This document shows positions 20,613 to 28,993 of a stretch of 35,905 nucleotides of DNA, in pieces. The position numbers and the translations under genes are program-made. Source of the DNA: a virus. The notes beneath the pieces were generated by a model. The model searched no databases and was not told where the DNA came from. It was given only the letters and a program-made list of their open reading frames with translations. The stretch is from the UHGV virus genome UHGV-0095987. The stretch is one strand, 5' to 3'. Numbering within the stretch: position 1 is the first letter of the stretch; each line of letters opens with the position of its first letter.

Positions 20613-22095
20613 GGGTCAGCATGTCGATAAGTTCTGCATCATCCATCTGCGGATATAATGAAGCAGCTTTGTTCATGGCGGCTTCCGGGCCATCTTTCAG
20701 CACAGAAAAAATGACGGGTTTCAGCAGGGGATCAACCGAACGCTGCCAGTCTTCCGGTGAGACGCCCATCCGGTCGATATCATCCTCCTGCGGGATATCT
20801 TCAGCGGATAATGCGGCCTCTTTCTGCGGACCGTTATCCGGGACAACCGGTTGAGCAGTAAACACGGCTTCATCACCGACCGGCTGTGGAATATGGAGTT
20901 TTTCCTGTATCCAGGAGACCGGAATACGCATTCCCGCCGCCAGTTTCGGAATGGCGTCAGACAGTGCCGTAATATCACCCGCTTCACTGGTATCAAACAC
21001 AATGCCCGGCAGGCGGTTAATATCAATGGTGCTGTCACTGTTCAGTGCCAGCAGGGGATAAATCAGGTCACGGTTAATACTGCGGGCAAGCTGGCCCACA
21101 TCCGCGTTACGGATTTCCCGGCGAACCTCATCATGCACTTCACCCAGCGACCGTGCACCTTTATCGCCAGCCTCTGTGGTCAGGGTGCCGCCCAGAATGG
21201 CTTTTGAAATCGCTTTTTCTGCCCAGCCAATCATCGCCATAAAGGGGTCTGACTGACCATCTGCGGCGCTCTGAAAATCCAGCGTCATCCCCATCGGAAT
21301 AATGCCACCGGCACGTCGCCCGATATCCATCACGGCCTGCATCAGCGTGGCTTTCTCACGGTTCGTGGAGCCGGTCGGATATTTACCGACGCGCATGGGA
21401 AGTCCGTAAATTTCCAGAAACTCTGCAAAATCACGCACGGAATAGTTTTTAAAAATAAAAGGCCAGATAAGCGTGCGCACAAGGCCATTGGTGCCAACGT
21501 ACCCGGTGCGGGATTTGGCCCGGTGCATAAACCAGCCGAACGGTTGCAGCTCCAGCCCGTGATAAGACGTATCACGCAGACGTAATTCGTTCAGATTATC
21601 GGGGTTCGCGCAGAACAGCGCCGGATCGCGATGATGCAGCGCCACCGGCACGCGCATTTTGCCCAGCCAGCCCCATTCAATCTCCTGCATGGAATAACCC
21701 TTGAGAATGGCATCACCGGCATCAAACAGGGCATCTTCAAACCACGCCGCATCATGCAGATATTCATTCAGCATGTCGGCGTCTTTTTTCTCCTGTGCGC
21801 TGGCATCACGTGCCGGAGCGATGCGCCATTCCAGCGCCTGAATGGCAAGGCGGCGCTTGCTCAGTTCGGAAAAAAGGTGGGTGTCCTTTTCTTCCATATC
21901 AAAGGCCAGGTCAGCCTGTGCGGTCAGATCACCGCGTTCGGCATCACGCAGCATCTGCGCGGCCCGGTTCGGCGTCACACCACTGGAAGGATGCTCCTGC
22001 GTACGCTTCATGACCATTGCCAGCTCATCGCTGCGGGTCTGCATTTCATCGTCAAAATCAAACGGCTGCCCGGAAATATCCAGAATACGGCCCAT
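20557..22095 (-). CDS. H: Portal protein (Mu gp29-like)
   Basis: 512-aa ORF immediately downstream of the large terminase with ATGA overlap. Confidence 0.8.
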   Translation of the reverse strand: MGRILDISGQPFDFDDEMQTRSDELAMVMKRTQEHPSSGVTPNRAAQMLRDAERGDLTAQADLAFDMEEKDTHLFSELSKRRLAIQALEWRIAPARDASAQEKKDADMLNEYLHDAAWFEDALFDAGDAILKGYSMQEIEWGWLGKMRVPVALHHRDPALFCANPDNLNELRLRDTSYHGLELQPFGWFMHRAKSRTGYVGTNGLVRTLIWPFIFKNYSVRDFAEFLEIYGLPMRVGKYPTGSTNREKATLMQAVMDIGRRAGGIIPMGMTLDFQSAADGQSDPFMAMIGWAEKAISKAILGGTLTTEAGDKGARSLGEVHDEVRREIRNADVGQLARSINRDLIYPLLALNSDSTIDINRLPGIVFDTSEAGDITALSDAIPKLAAGMRIPVSWIQEKLHIPQPVGDEAVFTAQPVVPDNGPQKEAALSAEDIPQEDDIDRMGVSPEDWQRSVDPLLKPVIFSVLKDGPEAAMNKAASLYPQMDDAELIDMLTRAIFVADIWGRLDAAADH

Positions 22096-23750
22096 TACCA
22101 GCCCCCTCGTTCAAACTGGTGATAATCATCAAAATCATCGTTATCAACATCATCACCACGGTGGCGTGGTGGCAGCGCCTGTATGCTGTCCTCGTCGATA
22201 ACAAAACCATTCATATAAGACGCCCTGACAGCCATACAGAGCGCCACGGCAAAGTCGCCATGTCGTCGGCCTTTACCACCTTCATCTTTTGTGCGCCCCT
22301 TATCAATCTGCGGAATACCTTTGTCCACCTTGATGTGGAGCAGGTCATCAAGAGTGGTCTGGTGCCGGGCAATCGTGATGTTCTGCGCTTCAAACTCGCC
22401 TTTCAGTTTTGGCATCCACTCCTGATACCAGGATGCGGTCAGATTCACACAGTCGATCATCTCCGGGCCATAAATCAGACGGGCGGCTTCTGCCAGATAA
22501 CCGCCGTTACCGGTGGCATCAAATGCAGCGCCGGTAAAACGGGGCAAACGGGACAGAATGAATAAAAGGATTTGTCGCTGCTGGTCATAGGTCACATTAC
22601 GCAGCTCCACGCGGAAACATTCGCGTTTGCGTAAGTCAGGAGTGATGGCAAGCGGCACAAACACCGTCAGGTCGCCACGGCGTGCAAAGTCTTCGCCCAG
22701 TACGTGTTTATTGAGCGGCGACAGCGCATCGAGCAACGGGAGCAGCTCCTGTTCACACCAGTCCTGAACGATGCCGTGGCGCATTTGTGGTGTCAGCGAT
22801 TCAAAATCGTCCGGGGCTTCAAAACGCAGAATCGGGATATCCCGCGCTGGCGTCATAGCGGCTTCAATCAGCACGCGTGACAGATAAGCGCCCCCGGATT
22901 TTTTAGGAATGCAGCCGTATTCCTCGTCGGCACTCTCTTTATTCGGCGCATTCCGGTACAGGCCATCACGCCAGGCTTTTTCCGCTTCCGGCGACCACGG
23001 CTGATTCGTGACGTAACAGATACGTCGGTACAACCCGTCAGCGATGGCATCATCCAGCGTGATGCGGTGAACGCTGTAATCCTTGCGCCCCTCGCGCGCA
23101 TCCTGAATGTACTGGTTAAACAGGTTATCGACGCCGTTATGTGTCGATATGATCCGCACGCGGGCACCCCACATGGTGAGAGCGAAGGCCGCTTTCAGGA
23201 GTTCGTCCAGGGCTTCATGAAATGCCGCCTCATCAATCACCACGTCCCCCTGCAAACCACGCAGGTTAGACGGGCGGCTTGACAGCGCCTGCACCTTAAA
23301 TCCGCTGTTAGGGAAACGGATCATATAAGTGAGGATTTCTTCTTTTTTGTCGCTGTCCCAGAAGGTCTGCTCCCAGACATCAGCCTTTGCCAGCTGGTTA
23401 AAGGCGCGGGCAAACAGGGCACAGGCGGCGATATATTCCAGCGCCATTTCCTGACGGGAACCCACATAAAAGACGTTGCGACCGCCACGGCGGCGCGGCT
23501 TTGCTGCCGTCATGACATTGCGGCCCGCTTCGGCCCATGTCAGACCGGTACGACGGGATTTTTCAGCGATGCAAATCTGGCTTTCATCCTCAAACCAGCG
23601 GCGCTGATAGCCCAGAAAAACCGGTTCATTGCGGGGCTGTGCTTCCCCGATATCGGTCACGATATTCACGCCGAGCAGTTCGGCTTCCTCACGCAGGTTG
23701 ATTTTTCGGGGGGCATGAAGGGCTTTAAGGTTGTTTTCTCTGGTGTTCAT
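22095..23750 (-). CDS. E: Terminase large subunit (Mu gp28-like)
   Basis: About 551 aa from the internal ATG (MNTRENNLKALHAP...) that sits 8 nt after the upstream gene's stop; the ORF-track start at 23837 overlaps the upstream gene. Confidence 0.8.
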   Translation of the reverse strand: MNTRENNLKALHAPRKINLREEAELLGVNIVTDIGEAQPRNEPVFLGYQRRWFEDESQICIAEKSRRTGLTWAEAGRNVMTAAKPRRRGGRNVFYVGSRQEMALEYIAACALFARAFNQLAKADVWEQTFWDSDKKEEILTYMIRFPNSGFKVQALSSRPSNLRGLQGDVVIDEAAFHEALDELLKAAFALTMWGARVRIISTHNGVDNLFNQYIQDAREGRKDYSVHRITLDDAIADGLYRRICYVTNQPWSPEAEKAWRDGLYRNAPNKESADEEYGCIPKKSGGAYLSRVLIEAAMTPARDIPILRFEAPDDFESLTPQMRHGIVQDWCEQELLPLLDALSPLNKHVLGEDFARRGDLTVFVPLAITPDLRKRECFRVELRNVTYDQQRQILLFILSRLPRFTGAAFDATGNGGYLAEAARLIYGPEMIDCVNLTASWYQEWMPKLKGEFEAQNITIARHQTTLDDLLHIKVDKGIPQIDKGRTKDEGGKGRRHGDFAVALCMAVRASYMNGFVIDEDSIQALPPRHRGDDVDNDDFDDYHQFERGGW

Positions 23751-23757
23751 AACCCTC

Positions 23758-24348
23758 TCATGCCTTACCCAGCAGCACATCACGGATACGCTGCTCCAGC
23801 TCTTCGCTGATGCCATCCTGCCCGCGCAGTTCTTCACTCACGGCGTTTGCCGCTTCTTCTGCGAATGCCTGGCGGATTTCTTTCTCGCGCCGATGGCTGG
23901 ACATTGCCGTGGATTCCAGACGCTGTGCCGCCAGCATGGCATTTTTCAGCAGGTCAATATCCACGTCAGATTCCGGGTTTTCGATTTGCCGCATCATGGC
24001 CTTAAAAAGCTGGCTGCGGGCCATTTCCAGAATCAGCTTTGTGGTTTCTCCCATTGGCTTGTCGCCAAGTTCTGCGGTCAGTGCTGACGTCATTTCACGC
24101 ATCTGTCGCAGGTTATGGCCTACTTGCTCGACGTTCGTCGCGTAACGGTTCAGACCGGAACGGGAGAGTTTCATCTCATCCGGCAGGCCAGCGTCTTCAA
24201 TCAGTGCGTTAATTTCTTCCAGAATGCGGGCCTGTGGGATCGCCTTATCACGCAGCATTTCATGCAGCGTTTTACGTACGTTTTCCGGCAGTAAATCCAC
24301 TTTTGAAGCCCGGCCCCGTGTTTTCCTGTCCATCACGCCTCCTGTCAT
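23758..24348 (-). CDS. D: DNA-binding protein, putative terminase small subunit (Mu gp27-like)
   Basis: 196-aa charged helical ORF directly upstream of the large terminase. Confidence 0.6.
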   Translation of the reverse strand: MTGGVMDRKTRGRASKVDLLPENVRKTLHEMLRDKAIPQARILEEINALIEDAGLPDEMKLSRSGLNRYATNVEQVGHNLRQMREMTSALTAELGDKPMGETTKLILEMARSQLFKAMMRQIENPESDVDIDLLKNAMLAAQRLESTAMSSHRREKEIRQAFAEEAANAVSEELRGQDGISEELEQRIRDVLLGKA

Positions 24349-24635
24349 GCACGGGGACGAGGACGCTTGACACCGGCAACGCGGGCACGACCTTCTGCCA
24401 CATCCTGACCTCGGGAGGTCAGCGTTACGACATAAAAGCCGCGCAGGTTTTCCACGGTGACCAGTTGCTGCTCTGCCAGCCAGTCAATCTGGCCGCGAAC
24501 CACATCGCGGGAAACGTTGTGTCCGTATGCATCCAGACAGTCCTGAAGGATGGATTCGTTTGCTTCGTTATTGCAGTCCATCAGGGAACGCAGGATGACC
24601 AGACGACGGTCTTCGGTCAGAATATCGTTAATCAT
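24345..24635 (-). CDS. Hypothetical protein (Mu gp26-like)
   Basis: 96-aa ORF with ATGA overlaps to both neighbours. Confidence 0.45.
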   Translation of the reverse strand: MINDILTEDRRLVILRSLMDCNNEANESILQDCLDAYGHNVSRDVVRGQIDWLAEQQLVTVENLRGFYVVTLTSRGQDVAEGRARVAGVKRPRPRA

Positions 24636-24949
24636 GAATTACTCCGGTTTACTGCGTTTTCAAGCAGCAGCTCCAGTTGATGGGAAAATGACTGCACCCG
24701 CTGGGACAGCACCCGGATATCGCCGGACAGCTCTGCAATTCGCAGGCGCATTTCGTGTACATCTTCTGTGCCAGGGATGCTGGCGTAGCGGGTTTCCATT
24801 TCGGTCATCCGGTTTTCAAGACGCTCCACACGCTCAGTGCTGGCAAAACTACGACGCATTGCCCAGACGGCCCCACCGGCCACAACAGGCAACAGGTAAG
24901 GCCATAACGCTAAAACTGAAATCAAATCCATTATTCTGCTCCACGGCAC
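24632..24949 (-). CDS. Membrane-anchored coiled-coil protein, candidate releasin for the SAR endolysin (Mu gp25-like)
   Basis: 105 aa; N-terminal transmembrane segment (DLISVLALWPYLLPVVAGGAVWAM) followed by a helical, charged region; lies in the lysis cassette. Confidence 0.55.
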   Translation of the reverse strand: MPWSRIMDLISVLALWPYLLPVVAGGAVWAMRRSFASTERVERLENRMTEMETRYASIPGTEDVHEMRLRIAELSGDIRVLSQRVQSFSHQLELLLENAVNRSNS

Positions 24950-25125
24950 CAGTGGCAGTAGTTCGTCATCGGCTGCTGTCTCAGCACATCAGGCCGCAGC
25001 TCACGACCGCAACCGGCACACAATACAGGCGGGTCATACGCCGCCGGGCGGGGAATATCACGGGTATCCCCCTGCCAGAGTTCAGCGAGCAGCAGCGCCA
25101 CCGCCCGGTTCTGGTCTTCGTTCAT
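24931..25125 (-). CDS. Small zinc-ribbon protein (Mu gp24-like)
   Basis: 64 aa with CAGCG...CHWC (two CxxC pairs); overlaps neighbouring genes. Confidence 0.4.
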   Translation of the reverse strand: MNEDQNRAVALLLAELWQGDTRDIPRPAAYDPPVLCAGCGRELRPDVLRQQPMTNYCHWCRGAE

Positions 25126-25423
25126 AAATTTCTTTCCTTCGGGTCTCCTGTTCCCGGACTGATGCCTTGTCGCGGTTGCACTGCCCGAGCGCCATCAACA
25201 GGTCAGCATTCCAGAGAAGGGATGCTCCCCACGTCAGGGGCTGTGGCATGGGCGGAACGGGCGTTGCTTCCGTCAGTTCTGCATCAGTTTCGGGCAGGAT
25301 CACCACCGATGGCACGGGTGCGTTTTTCGAGTTCCCGCAACCTGTCAGCAGCAACGGCAGGCACAGGACGAGTGCTGCAATTGTCACCGGTAATGGCGGT
25401 TGTAATTTTTTGTTTTGCATCAT
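25082..25423 (-). CDS. Outer-membrane spanin (o-spanin) lipoprotein
   Basis: Internal start MMQNKKLQPPLPVTIAALVLCLPLLLTGCGN: signal peptide with lipobox LTGC, Pro-rich mature part; begins inside the i-spanin gene in another frame. Confidence 0.65.
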   Translation of the reverse strand: MMQNKKLQPPLPVTIAALVLCLPLLLTGCGNSKNAPVPSVVILPETDAELTEATPVPPMPQPLTWGASLLWNADLLMALGQCNRDKASVREQETRRKEIYERRPEPGGGAAAR

Positions 25424-25670
25424 GATGTTCTGTCTCGTCTGCCAGCCGCGCGGCACGATTTGCGGCACGGATAGCGGAAAATACCTGCATCGTCTGTTCC
25501 TGACCGTGTAACAACCATTCAGCCGTGTTGCGGGCCTGTTGCTCCGTCTGTAATTCACGGCGCAGCGTCTGGTTATCGTGGCGGGTGCTGTCCAGCCTGT
25601 GCCACAACACCCCGGACAGAACGGCGGCAAACACGGCTGCCAGCAGTAAACTTTTACTGGCGAAGGTCAT
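25284..25670 (-). CDS. Inner-membrane spanin (i-spanin)
   Basis: 128 aa; N-terminal transmembrane helix (SLLLAAVFAAVLSGVLW) then coiled-coil-like periplasmic domain; directly after the endolysin gene. Confidence 0.7.
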   Translation of the reverse strand: MTFASKSLLLAAVFAAVLSGVLWHRLDSTRHDNQTLRRELQTEQQARNTAEWLLHGQEQTMQVFSAIRAANRAARLADETEHHDAKQKITTAITGDNCSTRPVPAVAADRLRELEKRTRAIGGDPARN

Positions 25671-26172
25671 CCGCCCCCCTGATATTCCAGATAGCTATTT
25701 CCACTTCGCGACGGTTCATCAGTCCTTTCCATTTATGGCCTGCGGCAAACACCCAGCGGGCCATCTGGTCACGCGCTCCGGCGTAATCACCGGCATTGAG
25801 TTTTTTCAGCAGCGTTGATTTACTGAATGCGGTAACACCGGTGTTGAAAATAAACGTTGCCAGCGCCGTTTTCTGATATGGCGTCAGCGGCACCCTGACA
25901 AGACGATCGATTGCCGCATAAACCGGTTTTAAATCACTGTCGAGAAGAGCCATACACTCCGCATGGCTGTAACGGCGCATTTCGATATCCGGCCCGGTAT
26001 GTCCCACACAGACCGTAAGCACACCGGCAATATCGCGGTAAGGCATATAAGCGATATTTTCCAGATGGATCAGAGACTGACGGGTCATTTCCTGATAACC
26101 ACCCACACCGCCACCGGCAATCGTTGCCGCCAGCAGTGCGGCTTTCAGTTTTTTTGGTATCCCCGCCATCAT
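25654..26172 (-). CDS. lys: Endolysin, GH24 lysozyme with N-terminal SAR (signal-anchor-release) domain
   Basis: 172 aa; catalytic E-x8-D-x5-T triad (ENIAYMPYRDIAGVLT); Gly/Ala-rich weakly hydrophobic N-terminus (KLKAALLAATIAGGGVGG) typical of SAR endolysins. Confidence 0.85.
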   Translation of the reverse strand: MMAGIPKKLKAALLAATIAGGGVGGYQEMTRQSLIHLENIAYMPYRDIAGVLTVCVGHTGPDIEMRRYSHAECMALLDSDLKPVYAAIDRLVRVPLTPYQKTALATFIFNTGVTAFSKSTLLKKLNAGDYAGARDQMARWVFAAGHKWKGLMNRREVEIAIWNIRGADDLRQ

Positions 26173-26263
26173 GCTTCCCTGAAAAAATGCTCTGATGGCA
26201 GTCTAAAAAATCAGATGGCAGGTGCGGGATTATGGTGACAGGAAATAACCGGCAGGATGCCGG
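26173..26263 (-). promoter_or_regulatory. C-Plys region: terminator of the middle transcript followed by the C-dependent Plys late promoter
   Basis: Hairpin aaataaccggca-gga-tgccggttattt right at the C stop; then ctgattttttagactgcc (T6 run plus TAGACT -10-like) about 25 nt upstream of the lys ATG. Confidence 0.65.
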
Positions 26264-26686
26264 TTATTTCTGGCTTTCAGGTGAGAACAGATCAGGCTGA
26301 TGACGTCGTGTATGCAGCTTTCTCTGGCGGGCAATAATCTGGTAGATCTGCGGCTGGGACAGGCGATACTGGCGACGCAGTTCTTCCATGTTACGACCAT
26401 TGAACTGGCAGTAAAGCAAATCGTCGCGTAACGCGGTCAGGATCGTATCGCCGCAGGGGATGTAAAACTGCCGCCCGCCCAGAAAACAGGACAGGGCAAC
26501 GGCCTGTTTACGGGCAAGCTCACGGGGATTGCTGACGTTCTGGCGTTTCAGTTCGTTTTCCAGAACATCAATCAGATCAACCACCGAACGGGGCCAGCGT
26601 GATTCCAGTTCCGGGGCCGGGATGTTATCAATATGTCCGATTAACTGGCGAATTGCCGGATCGTGTTCAAATAAATCATGCTGCAT
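26264..26686 (-). CDS. C: C, late-gene transcriptional activator (Mor/C family)
   Basis: 140 aa; paralogous to Mor in this window (shared ...YIP.G.....L.RD..I...FNGRN..EL...Y.....Y.....R...); sits immediately upstream of lys. Confidence 0.85.
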   Translation of the reverse strand: MQHDLFEHDPAIRQLIGHIDNIPAPELESRWPRSVVDLIDVLENELKRQNVSNPRELARKQAVALSCFLGGRQFYIPCGDTILTALRDDLLYCQFNGRNMEELRRQYRLSQPQIYQIIARQRKLHTRRHQPDLFSPESQK

Positions 26687-26698
26687 ATTTTCCCCCGG

Positions 26699-26818
26699 TT
26701 AACAGACAGAAAGATACACCACGGCACTGATGGTTATCAGAACCACAAGGGCAATCACTTTTATCGCACTAATCAGCGTGGACGGCCCGAAACATTCATC
26801 ACTGAATTTTCTGTACAT
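26699..26818 (-). CDS. Small membrane protein (39 aa, Mu gp20-like)
   Basis: Found by hand translation (MYRKFSDECFGPSTLISAIKVIALVVLITISAVVYLSVC): single C-terminal transmembrane helix, AAAGGGG RBS; below the ORF-track size cutoff. Coordinates approximate to within 1 nt. Confidence 0.4.
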   Translation of the reverse strand: MYRKFSDECFGPSTLISAIKVIALVVLITISAVVYLSVC

Positions 26819-26827
26819 GGTGCCCCT

Positions 26828-27190
26828 TTACCCGAACAGACGAGCGCGAAAACGAAAGGAGAGCCAGAACGTCAGCAATCCGGCCAGCGCCCAGATGACA
26901 TGCTCAGGACCCGTTTTCAGTTGAGACGTTGCCATCACGGCTAATCCCAGCCCGGACAGACTCCCCAGCCAGGTCAGAGGCCAGACGAACCGGGCAAAAT
27001 GTTCAGGCACCCGGCAGCTCATTATCAGCGCATCCAGACAATCAGCGGCAACACATAAAGCAACACTGAAAACCGAGGCACAGCAAAACATCAGCGCGCG
27101 CCAGCCACAAAACAGACTTATCCACAATAACAGCGCCAGTAATACCACCGATAAAAAATCAGGCCACTGACGAGCAGAACGCTCAGACAT
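26828..27190 (-). CDS. Polytopic membrane protein (Mu gp19-like)
   Basis: Internal ATG (MSERSARQWPDF...) preceded by GGGAGAAA; 3-4 predicted transmembrane helices. Confidence 0.5.
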   Translation of the reverse strand: MSERSARQWPDFLSVVLLALLLWISLFCGWRALMFCCASVFSVALCVAADCLDALIMSCRVPEHFARFVWPLTWLGSLSGLGLAVMATSQLKTGPEHVIWALAGLLTFWLSFRFRARLFG

Positions 27191-27401
27191 AATGTTTCTC
27201 CCTGTAAAGCAGGCAATGATGAAGAATTTCCGGCATATCAACTGACTGCCAGCCTTTCATGTAATAACTGCCGTGGGTGCCATCATGACCGGTATAGTCG
27301 CGGGGCGCAGGCCGTGGCCCACCGGCGACACGGTGCAAAACCTCCTGACGCAGCCGCTCACGTCTGCCAAGATAAAAGGATGCATTCCAGCCTTTACCCA
27401 T
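27183..27401 (-). CDS. Hypothetical protein, first gene of the middle operon (Mu gp18-like)
   Basis: 72-aa ORF starting about 45 nt downstream of the early terminator. Confidence 0.4.
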   Translation of the reverse strand: MGKGWNASFYLGRRERLRQEVLHRVAGGPRPAPRDYTGHDGTHGSYYMKGWQSVDMPEILHHCLLYREKHYV

Positions 27402-27448
27402 GATGATTTCCCCCGGTACGGTTATTCATCACAGGATATTGAGGACGT
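27402..27448 (-). promoter_or_regulatory. Probable Mor-dependent middle promoter Pm region
   Basis: Non-coding stretch between the early terminator and the first middle ORF, about 1.15 kb upstream of the C stop, consistent with the Mu middle transcript; exact -10 not resolved. Confidence 0.45.
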
Positions 27449-27470
27449 AAAAAAAGCCGGATTAACCGGC
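27449..27470 (-). terminator. Rho-independent terminator of the early operon (t9.2-like)
   Basis: Minus strand GCCGG-TTAAT-CCGGC followed by TTTTTTT, 9 nt after the mor stop codon. Confidence 0.8.
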
Positions 27471-27478
27471 TTTACTGT

Positions 27479-27868
27479 TTACAGAAGTGAGGGCTGGTAC
27501 TGGCGGTATTTCAGCCGTCGCATCCGGCGAATGGCCTTGTAAACCGTATTGAAAGTGACACCATAACGGGTGGTCAGTTCGCTGACGTTGCGACCGTTAA
27601 AATCATTCCAGATACGCAAATCCCGAATCAGCGAGTCCAGAACCTGACCGCGTGGAATGTAGACCTGACCGCCGCCCAGATGCTTACAGATAGCCACAAC
27701 AATCTCCAGTGAATGGGCAGGATCAACACCCAGCCGGGACAATTCCCCGCGCAGTAAATCGTTCAGCTCCGCCAGCAGTGCCGGAAAGCGTGACGTATCC
27801 TCTGCGGGATTGTCAAGATGTGCCAGGATGGTGTCATCCTGCAAATCACCAAATAAATCTTCCGTCAT
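27479..27868 (-). CDS. mor: Mor, middle-operon transcriptional activator
   Basis: 129 aa MTEDLFGDLQDD...; paralogue of C; last early gene before the terminator; overlaps the gemA stop. Confidence 0.9.
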   Translation of the reverse strand: MTEDLFGDLQDDTILAHLDNPAEDTSRFPALLAELNDLLRGELSRLGVDPAHSLEIVVAICKHLGGGQVYIPRGQVLDSLIRDLRIWNDFNGRNVSELTTRYGVTFNTVYKAIRRMRRLKYRQYQPSLL

Positions 27869-28416
27869 TGTGCCATCCTCCGTGTCTTTCTGGCATGGGC
27901 ATAAGCCGCCGTCATGGCATCATAGCCGCGCAGTTCACGCCCGGACGGACTGACCGGCAATGGAAGCCCGTGACGGGAAAAGGCTTCACGAATACAGCGG
28001 ATATGCCACTGCTTGAGAGTTTCGAGAACAATCAACAGGGTGTCGCCATGACACCACGCCAGCGTGGAAACACCCTGTCCGCCATTACGTTTCGCCGTCA
28101 GGCGCTGAACATATTTATCCAGCGCCACATCACCGCCATCGGTAATAAAACCGTCTTCTGCCATCTGCTGCCAGACTTTGTATACCTTCTCGCGGGGCGT
28201 GACATGCCCCTTAAAGCGGCGACGTGGATGTTTATTCAGCTTCTTAAAGCCGTGTTCTTTCATGGCATCGAGCACCTGTTCCAGTTGCGTAACCGTCAGC
28301 TCGCGGCAACTGATGTTGCCCGTTTTCTGCATCAGAAAAGCGCGGTAAGTGTCGTCGTCGAGTTGTAGCTCCCGACGGGCGACATGGATTAATTTAATCA
28401 GGGATGTGCGATTCAT
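27865..28416 (-). CDS. gemA: GemA (host gene expression modulation protein)
   Basis: 183 aa MNRTSLIKLIHVARRELQLDDDTYRAF...; GGAGGT RBS; immediately upstream of mor. Confidence 0.85.
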   Translation of the reverse strand: MNRTSLIKLIHVARRELQLDDDTYRAFLMQKTGNISCRELTVTQLEQVLDAMKEHGFKKLNKHPRRRFKGHVTPREKVYKVWQQMAEDGFITDGGDVALDKYVQRLTAKRNGGQGVSTLAWCHGDTLLIVLETLKQWHIRCIREAFSRHGLPLPVSPSGRELRGYDAMTAAYAHARKTRRMAQ

Positions 28417-28434
28417 GATCGTACCTCCGGAAAG

Positions 28435-28456
28435 AGGCGGTGCTGCAACACCGCCT
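28435..28456. promoter_or_regulatory. Stem-loop just upstream of the gemA RBS
   Basis: aggcggtg-ctgcaa-caccgcct (8-bp GC-rich stem) with CTCTTTCC following on the minus strand; not a strong terminator, so possibly an attenuator or RNA processing/stability element. Confidence 0.35.
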
Positions 28457-28485
28457 GAATTTACACATCAATCAGAGAGGATTTT

Positions 28486-28752
28486 ATGGAAAATAATGTA
28501 CAACCTTATGATGTTGCAGGTTATGCGATTGCATCAGCACTGGTGCGCCTTCTGGTGAAGAAGGCGATCATCACCGCAGAAGAGGGCCAGGCCATTTTCA
28601 GCTCTTCAGCAGAGATTTTAAAAGATGCGCCTGCAATAAGAACAAGCCGCCGCGAAAACATGCAACTGTCAAAGATCATGGAAGACATTATCAGTTCGTT
28701 AGACCCAGATGCTGACGGATCTCAAAAGCCTCAAACACATGAGCGTCAGTAA
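28486..28752 (+). CDS. Hypothetical 88-aa protein encoded antisense to the early operon
   Basis: ATG preceded by GAGAGG at 5-nt spacing; amphipathic, helix-like sequence (MENNVQPYDVAGYAIASALVRLLVKKAIITAEEGQAIF...); occupies a 274-bp stretch with no convincing minus-strand gene. Confidence 0.4.
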   Translation: MENNVQPYDVAGYAIASALVRLLVKKAIITAEEGQAIFSSSAEILKDAPAIRTSRRENMQLSKIMEDIISSLDPDADGSQKPQTHERQ

Positions 28753-28993
28753 CAATATCCTGGTCTGATAACCCCAGCCTGCGGCGGATGTACTCCTCGC
28801 GGGCTGTTTCATTTTGCAGTGCCACTACTGTTTCCAGACGATTCATTTCGCGGTTGATAATGTCACGGACTTCTCTGGCGGTGAGATTATGCTTAATACC
28901 ATATTCAACGATAGCGCGAACACGTTCCAGCATCCCTTTTTCAGCCATGACGTTATCAATATTAAGGGGAGTAAATTTATCTTCATTGTTCAT
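28691..28993 (-). CDS. Early accessory protein, function unknown
   Basis: 100-aa ORF with ATGA overlap to the upstream gene; charged and helical. Confidence 0.5.
   Translation of the reverse strand: MNNEDKFTPLNIDNVMAEKGMLERVRAIVEYGIKHNLTAREVRDIINREMNRLETVVALQNETAREEYIRRRLGLSDQDIVTDAHVFEAFEIRQHLGLTN

Noticed and set aside
28503-28679. 58-aa minus-strand ORF inside the gemA-upstream gap
   Set aside because: No ribosome-binding site, ATG 12 nt after the upstream stop with poor context, and a low-complexity hydrophobic/Arg-rich sequence; the plus-strand ORF is more plausible, though neither is proven.
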